Part shown: piece by piece, positions 19,301 through 28,281 of the stretch
How the letters are laid out: each line of letters begins with the position of its first letter
How positions within the stretch are numbered: the first letter of the stretch is position 1
Virus record (IMG/VR): IMGVR_UViG_3300028827_000129
Coordinates: 96,001-160,000 of that record
Direction: 5' to 3' (one strand)
Source of the DNA: a virus
Length of the DNA: 64,000 bases
Notes under the pieces: model-generated
The model's database searches: none
Seen by the model: only the letters and a program-made list of their open reading frames with translations
What the model was told of the DNA's origin: nothing
Position numbers and translations under genes: made by a program

Positions 19301-20789
19301 TTATGCGATTATTGTACATAGAGATATTTACCGTAAAATGCTTGAAGATATGGGGCTGCAAAGGGGTGAAATAGCGAGGAGGCTTAAGCAAGCTTCTAAG
19401 ACTGGGGATTACGCGTTGTTAACAAAAGACCCTACATGGGGAAGGATGAAAACTCCAGTTGTTAGAGTTTATACAAATAAGGCTGCAGGCCTTAAAAAGA
19501 TGTCGAAGCATAATGTATTGGTCAGCGAACGCATATTAGGGTTAATTGAATCAGAAGTGCCAGTAGGGACACATATTGATACAGACGGTGACATTTTAAA
19601 TATTTTGCCGTTAAAAACTGCAACATCAAGAAATGCTGCAAAGGTATTACTTGGTCAAAAAGGTCAAGGTAAGCTGTTTGAAATGATGGATGAATTCTAT
19701 AAAAACATTCATGTTTCTACATTTGATGCTAAAAAGAGCGTGCAGTATTTTGATCCTGAAACTGGCCTGGTAAGGAAGGAAATTTTAAAAGGGCAGTTTA
19801 GAAAAGCATTAATGTCAAAGTCTGAAGTTGGTAAGATTACAAACAAAATTGAGCTATTAAGGGCGTCATTATTAAATTCTCCTTCTGTAACGCCGAGACA
19901 ACTTAGTTTGCTTGATGCTTGGTCAACCGAAATGATTGAGCGCGGTATTCTTGCTAAGCATATTTCACCTGAAGAGATTAGTAAGTACAATATTTTAAAC
20001 GACCTAGAGTCTGCTGTTGAATCTTATAGAGACCCAGATCAGGCATTTAAGCATTTAGTTTCTGCTACTCGCAAGGTGTACAATATCGCAGATATGCCAG
20101 AAGAGACAATTAGAAGTGCTTCTGTCATTAAAGATGCGAAAGGCAAATTGTTTAATATGGCTGCCTATAGAGAGCAAGAGGTAATGCTCAGAGAGATGGC
20201 TAAGCAGATGGTTGCGTTTAAGAGTTCCGCTGAATACAGAGCATTAGAAGAAGTGCATAGCTTAGCTGGCAGTAATTTTAAGAGTAAGCAAAGATTTTTT
20301 GAGAGAGTTGCTGATCTATCTGATACATCTTCTGTTGGCGCTAGGGCAAGAGCTTTTGTTGGCATTCCTGAAGAAGGTGTTGGGGCGGCAAAGAAAGTCA
20401 CGAAAGCCTTAGAAAAAGAAGCTGGCCTTTTTCAAGGTATAGCTATTTCTACTTTGCGCAAGTATAAGCGGCCTATAGGATTGGCTGTTGGTGTTTTGGC
20501 TGGTTTAGGAATGATGATGTCTAAACCAAGCGATTTAGATATAGATACTTTACAAACAGAACACGCTGAGCCTATGCCTGCTAAAGTTCCTATGGGTGGG
20601 CATAATCTACCTGTTGGACAACGTAACGGATATAAGATACGCATTCGTGCCAAAGGGGATGGGCATGATTTTGGTCATTTAGGTAGAAAAGCTGCAGATA
20701 TTGCAGGTGGTGGGAGAGTTCATGTCTCCGTAAGTGATACAAGAAGAAAACTTTATAAAGAAGATTTAGAGAAGCTTATTTATGCATAA
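16398..20789 (+). CDS. Putative single-chain two-barrel RNA polymerase (virion RNAP) at the tape-measure locus
   Basis: Ordered motifs TEDEFI (aa ~486), DIKFYGMNTK (K582/K589), SGKVFGS (~944), LLTKDPT (K1010), HIDTDGDILN (D1061/1063/1065) and VGKITN (~1145), with hydrophobic N- and C-terminal segments. Confidence 0.65.
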   Translation: MTENNDSGLRSRIRNTAVLGAAVGGSWLSLQYLATRGVHLGRASVASKSAKKIKTAVESFDAKKASEEILALLEHPDLFEYQKTAAHAAAISMAKKRSGVVREFSTLSDAIAYGETNVSFQKNLLSASRELEKTLFEEVRHREKYLKSPLRFATTDYISKPLVKQSSGFYLFAERRGSWFNDITKAISDIPGLKNRQDISALAQSMADVAASIAGTSNISVKFYAADMLHGGQIQREIIGVGFLRNNTNEAYFPILTASNKYVVGRNQTTIYAPKRVVVDPDMFVETLGAKGHVGLDVYHMSKFVEQYKTNTNINKLARSTQLDVMRHAVYSDDYGRFKPSFTRNSVRDVIRSSGFVFPTISQTAFIQKAEELIERGVDIGGIPGQHIAKNTLFLNLNKYYMFGDTGDRDKFMRMITRDVSFDPGRAQRLMQHGVDMRPIVMSADLANLMKQENDFLPRFTRLGVSEDRLRELLKRHGLEDFMPTEDEFIAPQSIRGRYIAESAGTYTLSSDTPIREELIKVAKGEQSGDIFLHEGAFLGVSPEGRAVTTKTAGEKIESVVMNDDGTVKIVTRRKNVGTDIKFYGMNTKLTGGHQGFISNKKFRALVKDILREDVGIESGHVISRLARNIEGISIGAPKSSYGHAQVEMRLANILRIMETSELSKEQFEHVSRQLYALGIKASSDNLVSKYVVENSRLNTDQIAQRLNAIESSLEEYTGIKMAKLSNVLFHDIVTRGEHLVLQGAGKRATLSRQTQAVLDTLARDEELGQYYAAIKEDVASRMNLKPENLREVAKSYLAVDRIDATPVTSAYEKYKKMFGGDIDEFLDYIYDQDIDVRRENLAALGIKDEMIGLGTTLRTETGVSLSALRISTDPSGYTGMMSISSGRPFHKSLDKAGRSLLRAVLVEGVEGEMPFAVEEALTNYIDELTNVAGKNLLKSAYSGKVFGSALLKAAGYRGGRIEGFNQDYAIIVHRDIYRKMLEDMGLQRGEIARRLKQASKTGDYALLTKDPTWGRMKTPVVRVYTNKAAGLKKMSKHNVLVSERILGLIESEVPVGTHIDTDGDILNILPLKTATSRNAAKVLLGQKGQGKLFEMMDEFYKNIHVSTFDAKKSVQYFDPETGLVRKEILKGQFRKALMSKSEVGKITNKIELLRASLLNSPSVTPRQLSLLDAWSTEMIERGILAKHISPEEISKYNILNDLESAVESYRDPDQAFKHLVSATRKVYNIADMPEETIRSASVIKDAKGKLFNMAAYREQEVMLREMAKQMVAFKSSAEYRALEEVHSLAGSNFKSKQRFFERVADLSDTSSVGARARAFVGIPEEGVGAAKKVTKALEKEAGLFQGIAISTLRKYKRPIGLAVGVLAGLGMMMSKPSDLDIDTLQTEHAEPMPAKVPMGGHNLPVGQRNGYKIRIRAKGDGHDFGHLGRKAADIAGGGRVHVSVSDTRRKLYKEDLEKLIYA

Positions 20790-23700
20790 TAACTACTTCA
20801 AAATAAACGATATTGAATTAGCAGTTTCACCGTCCAATATTCGTGTAGATAAAAGTACAAAGAATATAAAAATTCCCATTGTACGCGAGTCAGAAGCGGT
20901 AAAGAACCGTAGTGGACACGGTGACATAAACGTGTCTTTTGATGTAATATTTTCATACAACGAAAATATTACATCATCATCTAAACATAATGACATCAAG
21001 AATGACTTATTGAAGATAGTAGCTCAGCTACAGTTAACTCCATTTTTCATAGTAGAAAATGAATTTGTTACTAAATCTATAAAGCCAGAGTACCAAGATT
21101 CAGAGCCTTTAATGTTGGTGCTCAATAATATGTCTATCTCTACTTCTCCTGAGTTACACAATTCCATCATTGCCCAATTTAATTGTTTTTATGTAGAGCA
21201 TTCTGCATTTACTCCATTTTTGTTTTTCAAAAGAACGGAGACATCTGGGGCGGATGAGAAGCCAGTAAAAATCAGCGAAAGTGGGGCATGGAAGGCATTT
21301 TACAAACCGTATTGGGATCGATTGAGAAGTATGGCTCCGTCATCCTTTAATGGGAGTTGTCATTTTCTTTTTCCTGTATTAATAAACGAGGATGGTAATG
21401 TAACTTTTGGCACAACAGGGTTTGATATCGATGGGACACAGGTCCCGGTGTCTGTTACTGTGAATTTCTATAATCGCCTAGCAGTAATGCCTTTTATAGG
21501 TCTTGAATATCCAGCTTATCAGTACATGGGTGGATCAGATAGAGAGGTTTTTATAACAATTGAAGATGTTAGTGGGCGAGACCAAAAGTTTAAAGACTTG
21601 CTTAAGTTGTTACAGCATTTTAATCAACTTGCTATAAATGATAGACAAACAGCTGGCAATGATGCAATAGTTGTAAAAAATGATATTCTAAATATGCTTG
21701 GAATAGAAGAGGTTATTTGTGAAAGCGTTTCAGTAGAGACTCATCCGTCTGAACCAGAGACTTCAATCATTAATTTACATTTATTGTCTCATAACATAGA
21801 TAAAGTAAAAGAAGCAGAAAGTCTCGAACGCGAAGAATATAATACTGTTGAGTCATTAGTTGAAGAGATTATAGATAACTTCATTAATTATACAGACGCA
21901 TCTATTGTAAGGCGTAAAGTGACAGATTCTGTATATGATGATACGTTTTTGTTAAATTATGATTTTGAAAGAAGTGTTTTTGTGATGACATCTGGCATAC
22001 CAGATTTGCCAGCTCCATTAGACTCATTATTTGAAGATTTTAAGAAGACTTTATCAAACATATATTCAGGATCTATAGTTTATAAATTGCGTGATGATTT
22101 TTATGATTTTATGAATCATGTTGACGACGCTGTTTTTGGGATTAAGACTAAATTAGGCGTTGGTCCTTCTATTTATAAAAATAAAGATAATGAAGCAAAT
22201 AGTGCGGCAAGACGTGTTCTTACTGATTTTGCCTTTAAGGCATTTCATGTTTTGAAGGATTACCCAGATGCTTATCCTGAAATGAAAATTATAGCAGAGA
22301 AAGTCGACTATGAACTGAAGCATGGGATGAGAAAAAATGTCCAGCCGTGCTATCCTGATATAGTCCCAGATGATATCAATAAAAACCCAGACGATTACTT
22401 TTTTTACAGTGGTTCGCTGAAAGAAATAATTAAAGAAGCGAAATTGTTTGGTGCAGATGCTATTTCTAAAACATTTGATGCAGTTGAAGACTTTACTGAC
22501 AAGAATGGCATCCACTGGGATTTTTCTGGTCTTTCTAGTGGTGACAAGGCGTCGATTAATAATATTAAGAGTTCATTAAGCGGCGATGGCGTAACAATTA
22601 CAGATGGTAGGCCGGCTGAATTTATTTCTAAGCATAAGAATCAGGGTAGATTTACAAAAACTTCCATTGTCGATAAGGAGTTATTCCTTGACGGCTATAA
22701 TGACACATCTATGTCATTAAAAGCTGAAATGAATGCTACCCATCGATTCGATAAGGCTTCATTTAAATCACAGTTTGAATTAATTGATTTCCCGGATGAT
22801 TTTATGACCTTTAGAAAGGCATACCCAACATTTCGTTTATATTTTATTGAAGAATATTCTCAAAAAACAAGAATGCGTAAATTAGACGATAAGTTTGTCT
22901 ATAGAGCAATAAAAGAAATTAGAGTTATAAGATCTAGGAAAAACCCGATAGATACTGCAATTATCCAATTGAGTAATGTAGATGGATCATTTTATATTAG
23001 AAATTTTAAGCGCAATGACCTAAAGGGTACATATGCAAAAGAGCTTGTCCGTGGGAAATATGACTATAGAGGGCATGACGTTTATTCATCCGACAATAAA
23101 AAAGACAATTTATTAGATGAAAAGCCTATCTTCCAAGAGGGTTCTGTAATCCAGATACGATTGGGATATGATAACAACCCAGATAAATTGACTACGGTTT
23201 TAAATGGCAAAATAACAGAAATAGACGGTGACGGGTTTGGTATTATTACGATTGTTGTTCAAAGTTTTGGGTATGAACTCTTGGAAGATACTTGGGGGAC
23301 TCCTGGCGATGGCATGAGTCTTGGCGGATGGTTTAATAATACAACTCCTTCTATTATCACGGAGATTTTGAGCAGTCCTTCTATTACACACTTTGGCAGG
23401 TGGACTTATGGATATACTAAAGAAGTAGATCCTGATGAAATTGAGCGTAAAGCAAGGCATTCTATGTTGCCGAACTTTATCGTAAGGCATATTTACAGAT
23501 GGATCGATACGCCCAAGGATGACAATATCTTCGCTCCTTATGAAAGCTTTTATCGTAAGTATATAGAAGATTTTGCTATATTGCGTGGTTGGAAAGATTA
23601 TTATTCATATGGATATACAACTTGGGATATATTGAAAGACATGGAGCGTAGGTGGCCTGGGTATGTATGTCAGCCAGTACCTTATGAAAACAGAATGACA

Positions 23701-24912
23701 TTGTTTTTCGGTATCCCTAGCATGGGGTATTGGTTTAGGGATGACAGCTATATAGATAAAATGGAACGAGAGTCTACGTTAGCATCTTTACAAAGGAAAT
23801 ACAAGTCTATCAGGTCATCAATTGAGGCTGCTGACTCTTTTAGTAAGAAAGGTATTCATGGGGTTTCGGAAGAGGCGTATAAAATCGCCGATAGAGTTAT
23901 TAGAAAAGTAGGGCGGTGGAAATCTTTCCGAGATTATCATATGTTAACTTCTGAACATGATATTTTATCGAATGGAGTTAAGACTTCTTCAAAAAATACA
24001 TACAACGGCGTAAGAATTATATATGATAATGATTTTTGGAGAGAGGAAGAATTTGATATAAACAATTTACAATCAGAATTTACCCTTAAGCCAAATAAGC
24101 ATATTCCTGATGAGGAGATAACATATCAAGACTTTTTTGAGGCTAATGTTATTGGAGATGATGGGGCAAGAGTTTGTGCAATTTCAAGGTTATTAGATGG
24201 TCTAAGAGACTTGTATACAGGAGAAATAGCTTTAATAGGCAACCCAAGAATTAAACCTTACGACATATGTTTTATTTACGATTCATATAACGACATAGCT
24301 GGTCCAGTCGAAGTCGAGCAGGTTGTTCATATATTTAATCAAGAGGATGGGTTTATTACATTATTAACTCCTGATTTATGCGCGTATGCAACAGAATATG
24401 CATCTAGTACTTTTATAAGCGGTGTTGGTACAACGTTTATGAAAGTCTGGGATAAATTAGCGAATGCTACCGACAAACTAATAGACAAGTATAAAACTGC
24501 GATAGTTAATGACGATACTTTTCTCAAGACTGGGATGATTGGTGTAGGTGCCTTTACTGGAGATAGGGTGATACAAACTTCGTTAGCTGCTATGTTTACT
24601 CCATCCTCGATGGCTATCTTGAGTATAGGCAGTTTATTTATGCTTAATGTGCTTTATGATTGGGATGTTGGTCGTTATCCTATTCAGGTATTTCCTCTGT
24701 TATTTAAAGATAAACCTTATATTTTAGGTCTCCCAGATTGGTCAGAAACTAGCTTGTGGCAAGATATTTCTGGTGAATGGAAGTTCCTTACCTCTGGCGT
24801 TAAGAAGTTTTGGGAATCTGAGATTAAAGAGCCTTCTAAACAATTTGGTGCGTTTAATATTTTAAGTGAAAGGTTCAAGAGATTTCTTGGCGAGATGTTT
24901 CTTGGTAACTAG
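20782..24912 (+). CDS. Large baseplate hub protein (gpD/gp27-like C-terminal region)
   Basis: IQIRLGYDNNPDKLTTVLNGKITEI and GEIALIGNPRIKPYDICFIYD...VEQVVHIF...GFITLLTP, located after the tape-measure region. Confidence 0.65.
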   Translation: MHNNYFKINDIELAVSPSNIRVDKSTKNIKIPIVRESEAVKNRSGHGDINVSFDVIFSYNENITSSSKHNDIKNDLLKIVAQLQLTPFFIVENEFVTKSIKPEYQDSEPLMLVLNNMSISTSPELHNSIIAQFNCFYVEHSAFTPFLFFKRTETSGADEKPVKISESGAWKAFYKPYWDRLRSMAPSSFNGSCHFLFPVLINEDGNVTFGTTGFDIDGTQVPVSVTVNFYNRLAVMPFIGLEYPAYQYMGGSDREVFITIEDVSGRDQKFKDLLKLLQHFNQLAINDRQTAGNDAIVVKNDILNMLGIEEVICESVSVETHPSEPETSIINLHLLSHNIDKVKEAESLEREEYNTVESLVEEIIDNFINYTDASIVRRKVTDSVYDDTFLLNYDFERSVFVMTSGIPDLPAPLDSLFEDFKKTLSNIYSGSIVYKLRDDFYDFMNHVDDAVFGIKTKLGVGPSIYKNKDNEANSAARRVLTDFAFKAFHVLKDYPDAYPEMKIIAEKVDYELKHGMRKNVQPCYPDIVPDDINKNPDDYFFYSGSLKEIIKEAKLFGADAISKTFDAVEDFTDKNGIHWDFSGLSSGDKASINNIKSSLSGDGVTITDGRPAEFISKHKNQGRFTKTSIVDKELFLDGYNDTSMSLKAEMNATHRFDKASFKSQFELIDFPDDFMTFRKAYPTFRLYFIEEYSQKTRMRKLDDKFVYRAIKEIRVIRSRKNPIDTAIIQLSNVDGSFYIRNFKRNDLKGTYAKELVRGKYDYRGHDVYSSDNKKDNLLDEKPIFQEGSVIQIRLGYDNNPDKLTTVLNGKITEIDGDGFGIITIVVQSFGYELLEDTWGTPGDGMSLGGWFNNTTPSIITEILSSPSITHFGRWTYGYTKEVDPDEIERKARHSMLPNFIVRHIYRWIDTPKDDNIFAPYESFYRKYIEDFAILRGWKDYYSYGYTTWDILKDMERRWPGYVCQPVPYENRMTLFFGIPSMGYWFRDDSYIDKMERESTLASLQRKYKSIRSSIEAADSFSKKGIHGVSEEAYKIADRVIRKVGRWKSFRDYHMLTSEHDILSNGVKTSSKNTYNGVRIIYDNDFWREEEFDINNLQSEFTLKPNKHIPDEEITYQDFFEANVIGDDGARVCAISRLLDGLRDLYTGEIALIGNPRIKPYDICFIYDSYNDIAGPVEVEQVVHIFNQEDGFITLLTPDLCAYATEYASSTFISGVGTTFMKVWDKLANATDKLIDKYKTAIVNDDTFLKTGMIGVGAFTGDRVIQTSLAAMFTPSSMAILSIGSLFMLNVLYDWDVGRYPIQVFPLLFKDKPYILGLPDWSETSLWQDISGEWKFLTSGVKKFWESEIKEPSKQFGAFNILSERFKRFLGEMFLGN

Positions 24913-24921
24913 AAGAGCCTT

Positions 24922-24931
24922 CTATAATATA
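24922..24931 (+). promoter_or_regulatory. CTATAATATA motif (candidate late promoter)
   Basis: Sits in the 29-nt gap before the 24942 gene. Confidence 0.5.
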
Positions 24932-24941
24932 CCTAGAGGTT

Positions 24942-25355
24942 ATGATGTTGAAAAAAGAGAATTTTTCGATAAAAAATGATAATAATGATGTTGTTCGTGC
25001 TGTTTTTGGCAGGGTTTATGATTATAAATTTGACGACGAGGGTCATGCTGTTAAAGTAGCAGCATCAAACCCGCCATTAGATTGGGATCACAAAAAGCAT
25101 GGACCGTACTTAATCGGGGCGGAATTTACTAATAGGGAAGGGTTGTGGATACCGTTTTATAAGAATATTACAGAGGTTTTGAAGGATTGGCAACCAGCTA
25201 AGGGTGATGGTGTTATTGTATGGATTTTTGGCAAGCCAAACAGCAATCCAAATAAATATAGAGCAGAAAGTTTTAATTTAAGTCACACGAAACAAAATAA
25301 AAAAGATGCAGAATTATTTCAAAATGGCGGGATGATGTTTTGGGCTAATTTATGA
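24942..25355 (+). CDS. Hypothetical protein, possibly baseplate spike N-terminal (OB-fold-like)
   Basis: Between hub and gp25-like genes; QPAKGDGVIVWI resembles the P..GD.V.V motif of gpV/gp5 N-domains. Confidence 0.4.
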   Translation: MMLKKENFSIKNDNNDVVRAVFGRVYDYKFDDEGHAVKVAASNPPLDWDHKKHGPYLIGAEFTNREGLWIPFYKNITEVLKDWQPAKGDGVIVWIFGKPNSNPNKYRAESFNLSHTKQNKKDAELFQNGGMMFWANL

Positions 25356-25687
25356 GCGGATATGAAAACAGTGCCTTAATTTGGAAGAAACCAGGACGCA
25401 ATGCTGGCATGGCAGTCGGTGATAATTTTGCTCTCATGCAAGGCGACCCTAGTCATGGTTTTATATCTTCTGAACAAGGAAATGTAATAAAAGGAAATAC
25501 TCATTTTGTTGGTGCGCCACATGAGTTTTCGTTTAGTGGTTTATGGACCTTTAACCCGTTGTTATTATCAACTGTGCCATCTACGATAATGACGCCTATG
25601 AGCGTTTTAGTTTTTAATAAAAATGCTTTATCTGGGTTCGACCATATAGCTAAGAGCGTTTCAGAGCACATGAGTTTATTGTTATAA
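25352..25687 (+). CDS. Hypothetical baseplate/spike-associated protein
   Basis: 111 aa, ATGA overlap with the upstream gene. Confidence 0.45.
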   Translation: MSGYENSALIWKKPGRNAGMAVGDNFALMQGDPSHGFISSEQGNVIKGNTHFVGAPHEFSFSGLWTFNPLLLSTVPSTIMTPMSVLVFNKNALSGFDHIAKSVSEHMSLLL

Positions 25688-25689
25688 TT

Positions 25690-26085
25690 ATGGCAAATAT
25701 AGATCTTTATTCAAACGAATTCGGTGATATCCTAGTCTCTAATGGAGATTTTGTATCTACGTCAGAAAATGAAGAGAGGACTTACATACAACAAGTTATT
25801 GCTCGTATGTTATCTTATCCTGGCGATTGGACTGTATATCCTTGGCTTGGGGCTGGGCTTTCTTCTTATCACGGGAGGTTAAATACCAGAGAAACTGCTC
25901 GTGACATGGAGTCCGATATAACAAGGGCCTTAACGGAAGATGGGCTAATTCCTAAAGTAGCATTAACTGTGAAAGTTGTACCTTTAACACATACTTCAGT
26001 AGGTGTTTTCATTAAAATTAAGGGCATTACAAATGCTCTTGCTTTTATGTTTAACCTTGAAGATGGGGAGATTAAATTAAATTGA
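25690..26085 (+). CDS. Baseplate wedge/sheath initiator (gp25/gpW-like)
   Basis: GDILVSNGDF...QQVIARMLSYPGDWTVYPWLGAGL, immediately before the J-like gene. Confidence 0.75.
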   Translation: MANIDLYSNEFGDILVSNGDFVSTSENEERTYIQQVIARMLSYPGDWTVYPWLGAGLSSYHGRLNTRETARDMESDITRALTEDGLIPKVALTVKVVPLTHTSVGVFIKIKGITNALAFMFNLEDGEIKLN

Positions 26086-27293
26086 AGCTTATAGGTAAAA
26101 ATTTTGATGAATTAACTGCGGAATCTATTAATGATTTAGTAGGCAATACCGTATTTTCTCATATTTCTCCTGCTTCTAATGTAAGAGCGATTTTAGATGT
26201 TATAAATAGACAATTAGAAACTAATTATGTGATTCTAGATACTGGGATCGCTTTGTCATTTTTATCTACTGCGTCTGGTGAATATTTAGATAATATTGGC
26301 GAAATGTTTGGGCTTAGCCGTAAGCAGGCCACCAAGTCAAGTGTTAGTAAAGCTTCGAAAATCCAGAAGTTTTATGTTGAATCAGGTACATTTGGCGGCA
26401 TTAATAATTCGCAAGATATAACTATTCCTATTGGCACAGTAATATCTTCTGAACCTAATCAGGGTGGTGTTAGGTATGTTACGACAGAAGCTGTTACATT
26501 AAATGCTAGTGATAGCGAAGGATGGGTAAGTATAAAGAGCATAGATGAAGGTTCTGCTTCTCATGTTGGTAAAGAGATTTTATCATTCCATAACTTTACA
26601 GGTTATGCAGACTCAAATAATGATTCATTGTTAACATCTAATATAGCTAGCATTAATAATGGCAGCGATGCAGAAACTGATAACAATTATAGATATAGAA
26701 TAAGTAAATATGTAACATCTTCTGAGGGAGCTAACGAAACTGCTATTCGTTTGGCTATGTTAAGTATTCCTGGGGTTAGTGATGTAAAGATTGTTCCATA
26801 CGTAAGAGGACTCGGCTCTTTTGATGTTTTTATCAAGTCGACTACTCCTGAAGTGCCAGATGATCTAATTAGCACTTGTCAAGAAATATTAAATCAAGTA
26901 GCTGCTTATCCAGTAGATGCTCAGGCTAAGAAGCCTATTACAGTTGGGGTATCTTTTGAGTTGACTATAGTTTATAATGTAAGTACTGTTACAGATTCAA
27001 TAAAGCGAGAAGTTGAGAATAATGTAAAATTGGCATTGGAAGATTATGTTAATAATCTTGATATAGGTGAGCAATTAGTTTTGAACCAGGCCTTGTCTAA
27101 GGCGATAGAGGCAGACGATAGGGTTTTATCTATCGGTAAATATGGGAAGGCATTCGACAATTTAACTTTATACCGAGAATCTAAATTTTCAACAAATAAG
27201 TTGGCAGTTAGATTAATGAATGACTATAAACCGCTTTTTAACGAAAAGCTAATTATTGAACCGACGTTAGAAAATCCTATTATTTTTAATTAG
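26082..27293 (+). CDS. Baseplate J-like protein
   Basis: LSTASGEYLDNIGEMFGLSRK, GSDAETDNNYRYRI, SIPGVSDVKIV and GSFDVFI. Confidence 0.88.
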   Translation: MKLIGKNFDELTAESINDLVGNTVFSHISPASNVRAILDVINRQLETNYVILDTGIALSFLSTASGEYLDNIGEMFGLSRKQATKSSVSKASKIQKFYVESGTFGGINNSQDITIPIGTVISSEPNQGGVRYVTTEAVTLNASDSEGWVSIKSIDEGSASHVGKEILSFHNFTGYADSNNDSLLTSNIASINNGSDAETDNNYRYRISKYVTSSEGANETAIRLAMLSIPGVSDVKIVPYVRGLGSFDVFIKSTTPEVPDDLISTCQEILNQVAAYPVDAQAKKPITVGVSFELTIVYNVSTVTDSIKREVENNVKLALEDYVNNLDIGEQLVLNQALSKAIEADDRVLSIGKYGKAFDNLTLYRESKFSTNKLAVRLMNDYKPLFNEKLIIEPTLENPIIFN

Positions 27294-27309
27294 GTTTGGA
27301 GGTTTTTTC

Positions 27310-27945
27310 ATGGCCATTTATAAAATTGTAGGAGCCTGCAATAATGGTGGAGGCAAGAATGTTTTTAAGGTTACATTCCAGGGCGCTCCTCTTACAGCTC
27401 CTCCTGTTTTGGAAGCGTGGGATGATGTAAGTATGACATCAACCTCAAATGAGATTTTTACTGGGACTGTTGGGAATGCATTTCAGCCAATGGTTGCAGC
27501 CATTGATACTAGTGACACTATTTCTGCCCCTGGGGCAGGGTGGGTCGATTCTATAGTGCCTGGAGCTGGAAGTCAGTCTAGTAATCTACTTAAGGGAAAT
27601 GACCAGACTGTTGTTCTTGATGGTGGCACAGGCAGAGTCCCTGCGGCTAATGAATATGTTTTGTTTAATTTAAATTTACGCATACCATCTGATACGTCTG
27701 TTCCGTCAAATGGTGCTTTAGATTGTGTTTTTGTTGTGCGATATTATTATTCAGATAACACTCCAGTAATAGAATGGGCAGCTAATAATGGAGGTACTGA
27801 TACCGTCCCGAGCTGGACTGCTATCAATACTGGCACTGAGGTATTGCGCTTTACTGATACTGGCGTCAATTCGTCTAATCTCACACTAACTCTTCCAGTA
27901 TCTGGAACTAAAGATTCTGGAGAAGCATGGATAGACAATGCATAA
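27310..27945 (+). CDS. Putative virion structural protein
   Basis: 211 aa, Thr/Gly/Ser-rich beta composition, GGAGG RBS. Confidence 0.5.
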   Translation: MAIYKIVGACNNGGGKNVFKVTFQGAPLTAPPVLEAWDDVSMTSTSNEIFTGTVGNAFQPMVAAIDTSDTISAPGAGWVDSIVPGAGSQSSNLLKGNDQTVVLDGGTGRVPAANEYVLFNLNLRIPSDTSVPSNGALDCVFVVRYYYSDNTPVIEWAANNGGTDTVPSWTAINTGTEVLRFTDTGVNSSNLTLTLPVSGTKDSGEAWIDNA

Positions 27946-28270
27946 GCTAAATGGATGGGAAGTAAAAGCAAAAGATGGCACAATGTTGTCGTCGAACTTT
28001 TGTTCATGGAGAGATATTAATAAAGACATAGATAAACTATTTATTAAGATAGATGATGAAGTTTTCACAATTTCTGGATATGATAAATACTTTTATGTAG
28101 TAGAGGGGATTGCCTTTGTTGGGATGCAAGGTGTCCCAAATAGAGTGTTATTCGGTGGAATAAAAAATAATATCTGCGATATATATTCAATTGACATCAA
28201 TACTTCTCAGTTACGGGTGATAGAGCATCGCAATGTTAACTTCCCATTTACTGCGGATATACTTAAGTAA
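27938..28270 (+). CDS. Hypothetical protein
   Basis: 110-aa ORF overlapping the upstream stop. Confidence 0.55.
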   Translation: MHKLNGWEVKAKDGTMLSSNFCSWRDINKDIDKLFIKIDDEVFTISGYDKYFYVVEGIAFVGMQGVPNRVLFGGIKNNICDIYSIDINTSQLRVIEHRNVNFPFTADILK

Positions 28271-28281
28271 GGAATCTAAAA

